DNA from: an uncultured Acidobacteriaceae bacterium
Lineage (GTDB): Bacteria > Acidobacteriota > Terriglobia > Terriglobales > Acidobacteriaceae
Assembly: GCA_963711525.1 (NCBI GenBank)
Contig: CAVQEO010000046.1
Span: 316,500-380,499 of the forward strand
Direction: 5' to 3'
Length of the DNA stretch: 64,000 bases
Of the stretch, positions 53,453-64,000 are shown one piece after another. Each line of letters begins with the position of its first letter. Position 1 is the first letter of the stretch. A model generated the notes under the pieces. It saw nothing but the letters and a program-made list of their open reading frames with translations, was not told the origin of the DNA and did no database searches. The translations under genes and the position numbers were made by a program.

Positions 53453-54613
53453 ATGCGGATAACGAACGTTAAGACATGGCTTCTCGAGGGGATCAAGTAC
53501 AACTGGGTGCTGTTGAAGGTGTTCACGGATGAAGGCATTACCGGGGTTGGGGAAGGGACTAATTGGCCCGGAAGTCCACTTATCCTCGAGGCCTGCAGAC
53601 ATGCGGGTGAAGTGATCGTCGGCGAAGATCCCACGCGTATTGATTATCTCTGGACAAAACTTTATCGGGATTTCAACTGGATGGGCCAAGCAGGGCCGGT
53701 GATGAGCGCCATCAGCGCAATCGATATCGCTTTGTGGGATATTGCCGGCAAGCGAGCAGGATTACCCGTTTATCAGCTTCTCGGTGGTGCTTATCGAACA
53801 CGCATCGAGCTATACGCGAACTACTGGTTTCTCGCTGGCAATGGCGATCCGGAGGACTACGCGAGTCAGGCGGTGTTAGTAAAGCAAAAGGGCTTCACGG
53901 CCTGTAAAATGGATCCCTTTGCGCATGTAAATTACTGGTACGGCGAGGATCAGTCAGATAATCTCAGCCTGACAGAGGAGCAAAAGAGGACAGCGATCGA
54001 CCGGCTGGTCGCAGTCCAGGAGGCAGTGGGGCCGGATTTCCCGATCGCGGTAGAGACACATGCCCTGCTCAACGGACCCACGGCAGTTGAAATGGCACAT
54101 CGTATTGCAGCCGCGAAGATCAACTGCATGTGGTACGAAGAACCTGCCGGGCCGGAGTTCCCCGATGAGATTGCGGAAATACGGCGGCAGATTTGTCTGC
54201 CGGTGTGCGTGGGAGAGCGGCTGCACTCACGCTTCATGGTTCGGCCCGTGTTGGAAAAACACGCGGCCGACTTTCTGATGCCAGACATCACGCGTTGTGG
54301 CGGCATAAGCGAGATGAGGAAGATCGCGACCCTCTGCGAAACCTATAATGTTCCCATCGCTCCTCACAACCCGAACGGACCCGTTTCGACGATTGCGGCA
54401 GCGCACGTGATGGCTTCGGTCCCGAACTTCTTCCGACAGGAGTTTATGATGACCGATGTGCCATGGCGGGATACGGTCCTGGACAAACCTCTACCGATAC
54501 GAGATGGTTTCTTCGAATTGAGTGATGAACCCGGCTTGGGCTTCGATCTCATCGAGGATGAAATGGAAAAGCACCCGGGAATTATGCGGCGACGCAGAGG
54601 TTTCTACGTATAA
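53453..54613 (+). CDS. enolase-superfamily (mandelate racemase / galactonate dehydratase-like) enzyme
   Basis: The ATG at 53453 gives MRITNVKTWLL...VFTDEGITGVGEG. Metal-ligand regions EEP and GER follow in the barrel domain. Confidence 0.9.
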   Translation: MRITNVKTWLLEGIKYNWVLLKVFTDEGITGVGEGTNWPGSPLILEACRHAGEVIVGEDPTRIDYLWTKLYRDFNWMGQAGPVMSAISAIDIALWDIAGKRAGLPVYQLLGGAYRTRIELYANYWFLAGNGDPEDYASQAVLVKQKGFTACKMDPFAHVNYWYGEDQSDNLSLTEEQKRTAIDRLVAVQEAVGPDFPIAVETHALLNGPTAVEMAHRIAAAKINCMWYEEPAGPEFPDEIAEIRRQICLPVCVGERLHSRFMVRPVLEKHAADFLMPDITRCGGISEMRKIATLCETYNVPIAPHNPNGPVSTIAAAHVMASVPNFFRQEFMMTDVPWRDTVLDKPLPIRDGFFELSDEPGLGFDLIEDEMEKHPGIMRRRRGFYV

Positions 54614-54646
54614 CTTCTGTCGAATGCCGGTGTATCAAGGAGAGTT

Positions 54647-55308
54647 ATGGAGTGGACCAACGATACGGAACTGTTCCGGCTGATGCGGGAGCAACTCTTC
54701 ACAGCCATCCTCGGAGACGTGCTCGATCTGCGCGGATTTCATCACCAGTTTCTCCCCCCGAATGCCAGCCACTGCATCCCGCAATGATCGTCTGCGGACG
54801 AGCGATGACCGTGCATGAAATGGACGTGGATGAGTCGAGCGAATCTCCATTCGGCCTGATGCTCAAGGCGTTGGACTCGCTTCAGCAAGATGAGGTGTAT
54901 GTGGCTGCCGGAGCTTCTTCGCACTATGCTTTGTGGGGAGAACTCATGACCACAGCGGCGCAGGCACGCGGCGCAGCGGGCGCGGTGATGGCAGGATACG
55001 CGCGAGATACGAACGGCATTCTTGCAATGAACTTTCCGGTCTTCTGCTATGGCAGCTACGCGCAGGACCAGCGAGGGCGAGGCAAGGTCGTGGACTTCCG
55101 CACAAGGCTCAATATTGGCCCGGTCGCGGTATCGCCGGGCGACATTATCTTCGGCGATATCGATGGAGTCTTAGTCCTCCCGCGGGAGATGGAAGTGGAG
55201 GTCGTGAGCAAGGCCCTTGAACAGGTCAGAAAGGAGACGGCAGCCAGACGCATGCTGCTGGAGGGCGCCTCCGCCGAAAGTGTATTTAACCAAACGGGAG
55301 TGTTGTAG
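54647..55308 (+). pseudogene. RraA-family / HMG-aldolase-like protein with a frameshift in a C6 run
   Basis: Frame 1 from ATG 54647 gives MEWTNDTELFRLMREQLFTAILGDVLDLRGFHHQFLPP, then stops at 54785. The family-typical continuation ECQPLHPAMIVCGRAMTV...GDIDGVLVLP is in the next frame. The shift maps to CCCCCC at 54754-54759. Confidence 0.8.
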
Positions 55309-55349
55309 GCAAGTAGCCGACAGAAGCCGAGTTGAAAACCAGATAGGTT

Positions 55350-58296
55350 TCAGCCGCTTTTGTCGGGTTGATCGTTGAGCCACATTCTGGTCTCCAGCGT
55401 AGTGGCTGCAGGTGGCGCACCGGGACCGGTGTAGTTTCCCCATTCCAGGTCCGGATACGACCAGTAATTATAGATACTGAAACAGACGGCTCCGGATTGA
55501 AGCGAAGCTCGTACGGCGGCGTCCGCATCCGCTTCGGCACGAATTTGGGTCTTCCCGTTCCGCGAACTCAGACTCGCCCACCAGATGTTTGCCTTTAGAG
55601 AACGAAAGTCGTTTGTCGCGCCCGCGTTGAATCCTGATTTACCCCCGAGGAAGTAATCATTCGTGTCTTCAGACCACGGCCAGGCTGGTTCCTCGCGGTA
55701 CGCCGGCATCGAATGAGCAGCCTGCCTCATTGCGACGCCCTCAGGCCTGCCGATATGGTCATCTGGATATCGTGACCAGAGCGCCTTGCGCTTCCAAGCG
55801 AGCTTGTCGAAGGAGTTAGGGAGCAGATACGCGATGCCTAGATTTGCAGGGTTGGCAGATTTTGTTTCCGCCCGGTAGCGGGTCGTTATCAGGCCTCCGC
55901 CATCGATTTCTATCTCGAAGTCTACAGCGATTCCGGAAATACCTTCTACGGTTTTGCCCTCACCGGTATTGAGGATGATAACTCGGTTCTCGACGAGCTT
56001 TACTTCGGACCTAGTTAGCAGCCATGAAGTAATGGCACCGGCGCCGATGTCGAGGAACGGGCCGGCCTGCAGGATCGGTTCCTGGTTCCAGTAAGCCTCT
56101 GTGATCAGTCCCGTCTGTTTGCTTACCACCACCTTTAATTGTGGACCGGTCACGAGATAGTCGTTGACACGATCGGCTAACGACACTTTTGAGGCTGCGG
56201 AACTTCGTGGAGGACGCGGCACCGAACCGACTAGAAGTTCTATCTGGTCAATGAGAGATCCATTCGAGCGGAACTCAAGCTGAAGTTTTTCCCCCGGTTG
56301 CCAGCGACGAGCCGGTATCTGAAGGCAGCCTGAACCATGCGGGGCGATATCCGCTGGAGCGATCCTGCCGGATTCGGAACCGGCCACCCATTGCATCTCG
56401 ACTTCTTTCAGATTGGTATGGTTGAACGCATTCCAAATCGGGATCGAAAGAGCTTCTCCCGGTTCCGGGAACGGCAACGCAGCGGTTTCATCGATGCGAG
56501 TGGGAGAGAAAGCCTTTCTGGTCAACCAGTGTTCTGGTTTACGCCGCCGCCAGCCATCAATGACGCCCCATTCTCCGTATCCTACGGGTCCACTAGGGAG
56601 CAAGAAGACATCGTCGATTCCCGCCCATATCGATCCGCCGAGGCAGCCGTCGGCGGCAAGGAAGTTTACCGCAAACCGTTTAATGCTTTCTCCCCAGAAA
56701 TTACGGACACCGGGATCGCGTCGAAGTGTGTCGAGATTATAGCAGGAGACATGTGCAAACTCATCATTCAGGAGTGGGTAGCTGGCGCTATCCAGGTTTG
56801 AATGCGCATCGGCGTAGTGTTTGCTGTAAATGTCGTAAGCTTTCGTCGTCATTCGCACCGTGTCGGGATAGCTGAAGATCGTCGGCCGGCTCGGGTCATT
56901 CTGATCCGCGTACTGTTTCTCCGTAGCAATATTCGGTCCCCAATTGCTTTCGTTTCCGAGCGACCAGAACAGTACGCAGGGATGGTGGCGGTCGCGTGTG
57001 ATCATCTCCCGAAATTGTCCTAGAAACTGCTCCTGCAATTGGGGATCGGAAGAACTGGCACGAGACCAGCAGACAGCTGTTTCCTCTTCGACATAAATCC
57101 CATGGCGGTCGCAGGCTTCAAGGAAAGTCTCTGTGGGGGGATAGTGGGAAGTCCGAACGAAATTGATGTTCGCTTCACGGAACAAGATCGCATCCTTCTC
57201 ATCGAATTCGGGTGGGGACAGCTCTCCCATAAAGTGGGTGAATGCTGTGACGGCAGGCTCCGTGCAGCTTGACCGGCTGACCATTAACAAGGAGTTGATT
57301 GCCGATGCGCTCAACGGAGCGAAAGCCGACAGTGCGTTCCACTGACCCGATGACTTTCCCATTCGCTAAAAGCATTACTTGAAAGCTATAGAGGTTCGGA
57401 TGTTCAGAGTCCCACGGCTTGGGTGAGCGCACGCGAAGTACATGCGCGAGCGAATTGTCTCGAGAAATGAAGGGCTCTGATGCGGGCTCGAGTTCGACTA
57501 TCTGGCCAGCGGGATCTCGGAGTGTGAAGCGCAATCTGAACTCCGTAGTTTCCTCCGAGGATAACGTCGCTTTCACAGAAATCTCGCCGGTTTGCTTGTT
57601 GTCAAAAAATGCAGATAACGCCTAAGTCGCTGAGATGGCTTTTCGGAACGGCGAAGATTCTTACGTTGCGAATAATACCGGCAATCGAATGCTTCGCGTA
57701 GTAGGAAGCTTGGGAGATGTTTTGAGTTTGATCCGTGATTCCGACCACGAGTTCCGCACTGGTTCCGGGCTGAATGTGGTCCGTGATCTCCGCGTCCCAT
57801 GACGTAAATCCTCCGGAGTGATCACGCACGAAGACCCCATTTATCCAGACGCGCGCGTAACAGTAAACACCGTCGAAGCGGATGAAAACCCTGTGATTTG
57901 CGAATGCGGCGGGGGTCTGGATCGTCCTACGGCAGGGATACTCTACATCCGGAGATATATGGAAGCCAAGCATCTCCAACTCATTTGGTACCGTGATATG
58001 TGACCATTTCGAGACGTCGAGGTCCTGCTTCCAGAATTCACCCGGAGGCAGAGGGGCAAATAGCCAGGTTCCCGTGACGCCCAGTATAGGCTCCTGCAAT
58101 CCTCCGACCAAAGTGGGGATTGGAACAAGATCAAGGCTCGCGTCCGCCTGCTTAGTCGAGGCTTCAAGGCCGCAGCGGAGTTAAGGAACCCAATGCTGGG
58201 CGAGAAGTTAACGCCGACAGCAAGACATGCTGTACTTAGCCCCTCCATGAACTGTCTGCGATCCAATCGAGCTCCTATGTTTGTTGGTGCGACCAA
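55350..58296 (-). pseudogene. glycoside hydrolase family 2 (beta-galactosidase-like), Tat signal, three frameshifts
   Basis: Four consecutive ORF pieces carry, in order, the RRQF signal, the sugar-binding domain, the Ig-like domain and the TIM barrel (NINFVRTSHYP) plus C-terminal domains. The frame changes lie between 58110 and 58180, at the A6/T6 run 57604-57609, and at the G4/C4 run 57214-57217. Confidence 0.85.
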
Positions 58297-58340
58297 GAAT
58301 GGCGCCCGACGTGGGCTGAGGCGCTTGCAAAATGGAGGTT

Positions 58341-61300
58341 TCAGAACGTGAATTTCAAGGCGCCCTGCATGATACGGGGAGGCTCAAAGCCAAGCGCAGT
58401 GATTACGCCCTCCGTGCCGCCGACGTTCGAGCCGTCCGGTCCGATCTGATTAGTCGCGTTTGGAGTAGCAAAGTTCGGGTGGTTGAACGCGTTGAACATC
58501 TCCCACCGGAACTGAAGGGTGTACTGCTTGTAAACCGTCCAATTCTTAAAGAAGCCTGCGTCGGTGAAGTTGACAGGAGGTCCGGTGATGATATTTTTGC
58601 CGCTGTTGCCAAAGGTTCCCGGAGGGTTCTCGGTGAAAGCATTGATATTGAAATAGTTGTTCAACCAATGTGATTTCCGCCGGTGCGCACCTCAAGCGGC
58701 TGGCCTGCGACGCGATTGGCATAATCTTCGTATTGCAAAGATTGGGAGTTGTTATTTCCGAACCCGCCGCTCACGCTGAAGGGATTACCGGACTGCGCGG
58801 TAATGATCGTACTTACTTCCCAGCCGCCCAAGATTTGCTGAATTAACTGATTGTGCCCGGATAGCCTCTGGGTTTTGTAAATGAAATTGGTTACCCAGAT
58901 GAGCGGGAAGTTCGCTGAGGAAATGCCCCGATTGAATCCGAGGTCGAATGGATTCGTGAGAGCGCCCCTAAAGCTTATATCAGCTGGAGTTGCGGTATCC
59001 AAAAGCTTGGACCAGGTGAAATTCGACTGGAATTGCAGGCCGCGAGAAAGGCGACGTTCGACAGTGACCTCGAGGCCATTGTAAGTAGCGGTTCCGTTGC
59101 TGAAATCATCGAGAATTTGGCCAAAGGCAGAGGAAGAATTGCGCGTTCCACCGGTCGAATAGATACCGGGATTCTTATCGATGGTAGTTGACTGATGGTA
59201 GGACTGGCTTCCGACATAGGCGAGCCGAAACATCATTTCGGCGCCGATTCGCTGTTCTACTGCGAGATTCCAGGCTTGGGTAATGCCTAGTTTGAAGCCA
59301 GGGTCAAAAGTGGCAGGAATCGAGAGGCCTTGGGCGAAGGTCGCTGAAGACGGAGGTCAATAGGCCGTGGTAGCGAATGGCGGAAATGGACTTACACCTC
59401 CGGTTCCAGCGAAACCGGACGATGGCTCATCCAGGGAGACCGGTGTAGTCGCCGTTCCGTTCAGCGTGAAGGTCGGCGCGAACGGGCTGTTGTCATAGGT
59501 GTGGTTGTAATACGAGGTGATGAGGGGGGCGGTGAACACGCCGAACCCGGCGTGGAGCGAAGTCTGAGGCCATGAATGCGGCTGCCAAGGGACACCTACG
59601 CGGGGTTCCCAATATTCGTAGGTGGTCCGCATTAATCCACGGCCGATCCCTCGGTCCCCTGGGAAGACAAGACCGGCGGGTGCATTCGGATAGATCGTAC
59701 TCTGTTGTCCAGGGACAAAGGTTGCGGCCCGTCCATCGACGATGGTTACAGGATAATTGGGATCCCAACGCAGGCCGGCTTGGAAGGTGAGGTTTGGCCG
59801 GAAGCGGAACTGGTCTTGGGCGTAGAATCCAATTTGCCATTGTCTCAGGCTTCCCACCTCTCCTGCACCTTGAAAATACGAGGAGATATCGCCTAACAGG
59901 AAATCTGATAGTCCGTTATTAGTATATTGGCCATTGAAGCCAATGATCGGCAGGTTCGGATAATCGCAAACTTCACTGGAAGCCTGGTGCTGTGCATTGA
60001 TGCCGAACGAGATATTGTGGCGCTTCTTTTCAACTATCAGATTATCGTACAGGCCGACGGTGAGCGATTGACGCCACAGGGCTCCAGGTAGGGGCTGCTG
60101 AAACCATTGCCGACGTTAAATCCCTCCACGGAGCAGGTCGGGTTGGTCACGTCGATGAAGCTCGACCAGCAGAAAGGTTTGCCGGTACTCAGGAGGGGGT
60201 TACCGGACTGGAGGGAATCGATCTGAGTCAGGAAAATAGAAGCGCTATTGATCATCGTTGGACTAATGGTCCACGTATGGCCCAGGGTTCCGTTGTAGTA
60301 CTCGAGCCGATCAGAGTTTATGTAGCTGAGAATGTTACCGGGGGTTCCGTTTCCTGGCTGATTGAAGTAGTTGATGAACGCTCGAAAAAAGAGTCGTTGC
60401 GACGGTGAGATGTTGTAGTCGAAGCGGCCCGTGCCTTCGTCATAGTTGTTGATTGTCTTGCCGGACTGAAAAAACACACCGCCATTTGGTTGCTGGCCCA
60501 CTGGTAGAGCCGTGCTGGCGATCTGGACAGCAGCCTGGTTGAAAAGAGCGGGATTGATCTGATTCGGCTTGCCATTGATCGTGGCGAACGGGGCATTTAG
60601 TATCTGCGAAACACCACTGAAGTCACCGCTCAGCATTGCGGGGGTATACGAATAATCAAAGTCGGCGGTGGATGCGGTGCTGTTCCGCGTTCCCTGGTAG
60701 TTGGTGAAAAAGAAGAGTTTGTTCTTCAGAATAGGTCCGCCGACGGCCGCCCCATATTGATTCTGGTGCAGCGGATCGACCGTATGCGAAAACCAATTCG
60801 ATGCATTGAAGCTCTTATTGCGCAGAAACTCCCAGACGCTACCGTGAAAGTTGTTGGTTCCGGACTTGGTCTCGATGGTGACGATCGCACCCGGAGCAAA
60901 GCCGTACTCCGCGTTGAAATTATTTGTGATGACTCGAAATTCCTGCGTTGCATCGGCGTTCGGAAAAGGAGCGGCTAGCCCAACATAGTTGTCCATATTG
61001 GGCACTCCATCCAGCAGATAGTAAGTGCTGTCTGCGCGCCCCGCGCCAACACCGGAAGACCCACCGTTCTCCGCCGGAAAAGTGAATCCCCCTTGATTGA
61101 CCGCTACACCCGTAGCGACGCCATTCGTTATCCCAGGCGCAAGGAATACCAGGGTCTGTGGATCGCGTCCGTTCAGCGGCAGCTGGGTAATAGCTTCGGT
61201 ATTGACCGCCATGCCAATGGAAGACGATGTTGTATCAATCAACTCGGCGTTTGCGGTCACTCGAATAGTCTGTTCGGTGGAACCGGGTTTGAGGGTGACA

Positions 61301-61623
61301 TTCTGAGTCGCGGAAAGAGCGACGGTCAAAATAATGCCCTGTTGAACGTAGGTGGAGAAATCCTTGGCCGCTACGGTGAGCATGTAGGTTCCGGGAGGCA
61401 GAGGAGCAATCTTATAAACACCCTGCTCATCTGAAACCGCTGTTTCGGTGAGATTGGTTCCCGTGTTGTTCAGGGTGACCGAAGCGCCGGGGATGGCCGC
61501 CCCCGTCCCATCCGTCACCTGTCCTGTGAGGCTGGCGCCACTGACCTGAGCAAACCCACAGTGAGAAAACGAGGTAAACAGAATTAAGAGTCCAACCTGT
61601 ACAAAACACAGCGTCCTGAACAT
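58341..61623 (-). pseudogene. TonB-dependent receptor (CarboxypepD_reg type) with two frameshifts and one in-frame TGA
   Basis: The 528-aa N-terminal piece (signal, SLTGQVTDGTGAAIPGASV...) continues in other ORF pieces. Frameshifts lie near 60080-60095 and near 58670. An in-frame TGA at 59357-59359 joins ...FATTAY to PPSSATFAQG... in the same frame. The C-terminal piece ends in a typical ...ALKFTF. Confidence 0.85.
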
Positions 61624-61826
61624 GGTGCCTCCATGACAAGTGATAGCTCTACAAAGACTGAAAACACTGAATGGTGGTGGCCTCGAACCCTACACGATGG
61701 GTTCTTGTCGCCACGGCACTGCAAACCCCGAAATCACTTGGTACCGTGATGGCGACCGGCTCGCCGGGCGGGGCCACGGACTTCATTAGAGGTAAGACCA
61801 GCTACCGAGGTGGTGCGACGACCGTA
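61624..61826 (-). other. long, possibly structured 5' leader of the degraded receptor gene
   Basis: About 200 nt lie between a candidate promoter and the start codon. It contains a hairpin GAACCC-n8-GGGUUC (61685-61704) and segments able to form alternative pairings (detailed in findings). Confidence 0.3.
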
Positions 61827-61857
61827 ACTATACCCGACGGGAGACAAGACTTGTCAA
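61827..61857 (-). promoter_or_regulatory. candidate sigma70-type promoter
   Basis: On the minus strand, TTGACA (61852-61857) and TATAGT (61827-61832) are separated by a 19-nt spacer, which is longer than optimal. Confidence 0.35.
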
Positions 61858-62021
61858 GGGGCTGACCACATAAATTTCACGAGAGCAGTGAAGCGATTGC
61901 CATCTTCGGATGTTCTGTCCTATCTTTGAGCTTCAAAGGTCGATGGACTTCGCCGGCACAGGATTGAGCGGCGAGGCAGTGAGATAGGTTGCCGGCACCA
62001 GAGCTCGGCGTTGGGGAGTTT

Positions 62022-62774
62022 ATGGCACAGCAACGTACTGCGTTTGTGACCGGAGCCGCTTCCGGTATAGGATCCGCGATTGCAAGACGCTTTCTTTTGG
62101 AGGGATACTCAGTGGCGCTCTTTGATCTCAGTCCCGCCGGGGCCTGCAAGGTCGTAGAGGAGGCCGGGGTAACTGCGAAGAGTCTGGTGCTCCAAGGGGA
62201 CGCAGGCGAGGAGAGTCAAGTGAAGCAAGCCGTGAACAGGGCAGAGGCAGAACTCAGCACGATCGGCGTCCTGGTGAATAACGTCGGCATCGAAATCAAC
62301 GGCACGGTTCTCGATCAAAGCCGGGAACATTGGGACCGGCAAATAGCCGTAAATCTAACGAGTGTTTTTCTGTTTTCGAAGTATTGTGTTCCGGGCATGC
62401 GTAGCCGAGGTACCGGTACGATCATAAACATCTCGTCCGTACATGCCTTTGCAAGCTGGCCGCGTTGCTCCGCCTATGATGCGTCCAAGGCGGGCGTCCT
62501 CGGCATCACGCGTGCGTTGGCGGTCGATCACGGCCCAGACGGCATAAGAGTCAACGCTATTTGTCCAGGATACATTCGCACGCCGCTTCTGGATCAATGG
62601 TTCGCGTCTATTGAGAACGGAGAGCAGGAAGCGATTCGATTTCATCCACTGCGAAGAATCGGCGAGCCCAGTGAGATCGCAAACGCCGCTCTGTTTCTGG
62701 CCTCAGACCAGGCATCATTCATCACTGGAACAGTCCTGACGGTCGATGGGGGCCTGATGGCAGCGGGCGATTGA
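62022..62774 (+). CDS. SDR family oxidoreductase
   Basis: TGAASGIGSA cofactor motif and catalytic YDASKAG (YxxxK). The ATG at 62022 is preceded by GGGGAG. Confidence 0.9.
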   Translation: MAQQRTAFVTGAASGIGSAIARRFLLEGYSVALFDLSPAGACKVVEEAGVTAKSLVLQGDAGEESQVKQAVNRAEAELSTIGVLVNNVGIEINGTVLDQSREHWDRQIAVNLTSVFLFSKYCVPGMRSRGTGTIINISSVHAFASWPRCSAYDASKAGVLGITRALAVDHGPDGIRVNAICPGYIRTPLLDQWFASIENGEQEAIRFHPLRRIGEPSEIANAALFLASDQASFITGTVLTVDGGLMAAGD

Positions 62775-62868
62775 TGTGAGCCAGTATGAGGAGCGACCGG
62801 AGTGCAAGACAAAGAGTCGGTGCCTTTTTTGGGGCTATAAGACAAGGTAAACAAAGAGGAGGCGAATC

Positions 62869-63585
62869 TTGGGAGCAACATCGACGAAGAAACTACAGCA
62901 AGTCGCTCCGTCAGAGGTGCTTGACCATCTGCGTCACCTCATCGAAACCACAGATATGCAGCCTGGAGAGCGATTACCTTCCGAGCGAGCCCTGGCGCTC
63001 GAACTGCGGGTCGGGCGGCCTTCAATCCGCGAAGCAATCAAGGCCTTGCAGATACTTGACGTGCTGGACAGTAGGCACGGCGACGGAACCTTCCTCAAAT
63101 CACGGGCCGGACTTTCGGGCGGTTGGCCCTCCCAAGTGGGCGTCGAAACAGGGAACATCGACCTCATCGAGTTGCTGGAAGTGCGGAAGATGATTGAACC
63201 TCACGCTGCTGGTCTGGCTGCAGCGCGGCACAATGACAAGCAGCTTATGCTGATGGAGCGAGAGCTGATCGCCCAGGAAAAGCGCCCAGACGACCGGGAT
63301 AATTTGATACGTCACGACTATCTCTTCCACGAAGCCATCATCCAATCGGCAGGAAATGGCGTCCTGCAGGATGTGGCGTCATTTCTGTCGCCGCTTCTGG
63401 TCAAAAGCCGCAAGCTGACCGGAAAGACAACTCCGGATCCACGGGTTGCGATCCATCAGCACAGGACTGTTCTCGAAGCTATCCGTCGGCGCGATCCGGA
63501 GATGGCCGAACAGGCGATGCGTACCCATCTCCAGTCCACGGGACTGGATCTAATTGCCCACGCGGGATCGAAGAGGCGTCTATAA
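62869..63585 (+). CDS. GntR family transcriptional regulator, FadR/FCD subfamily
   Basis: N-terminal wHTH (LPSERALALELRVGRPSIREAIKALQ) and a C-terminal all-helical FCD-like domain. The TTG start has GAGGAGG 6 nt upstream. Confidence 0.9.
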   Translation: MGATSTKKLQQVAPSEVLDHLRHLIETTDMQPGERLPSERALALELRVGRPSIREAIKALQILDVLDSRHGDGTFLKSRAGLSGGWPSQVGVETGNIDLIELLEVRKMIEPHAAGLAAARHNDKQLMLMERELIAQEKRPDDRDNLIRHDYLFHEAIIQSAGNGVLQDVASFLSPLLVKSRKLTGKTTPDPRVAIHQHRTVLEAIRRRDPEMAEQAMRTHLQSTGLDLIAHAGSKRRL

Positions 63586-63702
63586 GGCGTGCCGGTAGCC
63601 CAGCACAACCTGGGGTTTCGTGTTCCAGGTCACTTCGAGTCCGCTTCCCTCTGCGGGTGTTTTGGTGTCTTGACATAAGAAGTTGCATTCAGTAGCTTTT
63701 GT

Positions 63703-63714
63703 GTGGTTGACCAC
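63703..63714. promoter_or_regulatory. candidate operator GTGGTTGACCAC
   Basis: 5-bp inverted arms (GTGGT/ACCAC) lie 28 nt downstream of a TTGACA (63670-63675) and 77 nt upstream of the second dehydratase gene. It shares GTGG-N4-CCAC with the site at 53279-53290. Confidence 0.3.
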
Positions 63715-63790
63715 TAAGTATTATGGTATTGCCTTTTCGAGCCAACTCAGTCCGAGTGCTGTGACCTAAAAAGCCGATAGGGGTGAACAG

Positions 63791-64000
63791 ATGCGGATTA
63801 CTCAGGTTGAAACCCATGTTGTCGGTAATCCGTGGAAGAACTGGGTGTTCGCCAAGCTTTATACAGATGACGGCTTATACGGCATTGGCGAAGGCACTGT
63901 GATGTACTTCGCCAAAACCGTGGAGTGCGCGATTCATGAATTATCCCCGTTCATCATCGGCATGGAAGCGACCCAGGTAGAACTAATACTGCAGAAGCTG
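63791..64000 (+). CDS. enolase-superfamily dehydratase, 5' partial (runs off the window)
   Basis: The ATG at 63791 gives MRITQVETHVVGNPWKNWVFAKLYTDDGLYGIGEG, parallel to the N terminus of the 53453 gene. No stop codon occurs before the window end. Confidence 0.85.
   Translation, partial: MRITQVETHVVGNPWKNWVFAKLYTDDGLYGIGEGTVMYFAKTVECAIHELSPFIIGMEATQVELILQKL

Noticed and set aside
53140-53689. ORFs 53140..53634 (-) and 53333..53689 (-) in the cupin/dehydratase divergent region.
   Set aside because: They overlap the well-supported dehydratase N terminus and the promoter region, and they have low-complexity, non-homologous-looking translations.
59357-59359. The in-frame TGA in the receptor as a selenocysteine or readthrough codon.
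   Set aside because: The same gene also carries two frameshifts. I saw no SECIS-like hairpin immediately downstream, and TonB-dependent receptors are not known selenoproteins. A nonsense mutation is the simpler explanation.
61672-61690. A tRNA- or tmRNA-like 3' end on the minus strand (GGGTTCGAGGCCACCACCA).
   Set aside because: The T-stem does not pair (TAGGG versus CCACC), and there is no acceptor stem or anticodon arm in the preceding 80 nt. It is better explained as part of the leader hairpin GAACCC/GGGUUC.
61624-61826. A cobalamin or TPP riboswitch upstream of the receptor.
   Set aside because: By eye I found no B12 box (GCCACTG-type core) and no TPP CUGAGA/ACCUGAUCUGGAUAAUGCCAGCG-like elements. 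I kept it only as an unclassified structured leader.

Overview
GC-rich chromosomal segment. The gene content and two CarboxypepD_reg-type TonB-dependent receptors suggest an Acidobacteriota (Terriglobia-like) genome; that is inference only. Most of the window is ordinary core metabolism: purB-ubiX, an arginine-to-putrescine operon (pdaD-aguB-aguA), icd-mdh, dipZ-msrB, glpKDF fused to a BMP-type ABC importer, sdhCAB, a dipeptidase and two cyclophilins. I saw no rRNA, tRNA, CRISPR array, transposase, integrase or recognisable defence genes. The most system-like block is a complete quinohemoprotein amine dehydrogenase (QH-AmDH) cluster at 38.8-47.0 kb: divergent qhpG, then qhpA-D-C-B-F-E. It includes the RiPP-like gamma subunit and its radical SAM/SPASM maturase. 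This is an already described system, so I did not find convincing evidence for a wholly new one. Other points worth a second look: (1) seven of the eight reading-frame lesions in the window fall in three adjacent sugar-utilisation genes at 54.6-61.6 kb, and the eighth is in aguB. (2) A family of about 290-bp nested palindromic elements has two copies, one sitting inside the ABC transporter operon. There is also a 175-bp MITE-like element and several smaller REP-like hairpin units. (3) A tandem DtxR/IdeR-type operator lies between a DtxR-family regulator and a TonB-dependent receptor. (4) A GTGG-N4-CCAC palindrome lies upstream of both enolase-superfamily dehydratase genes, near a GntR/FCD regulator. 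(5) A roughly 200-nt leader with mutually exclusive helices precedes the degraded receptor gene. All functional calls rest on motif recognition by eye. Gene starts are approximate wherever the ORF track begins at an alternative start codon.
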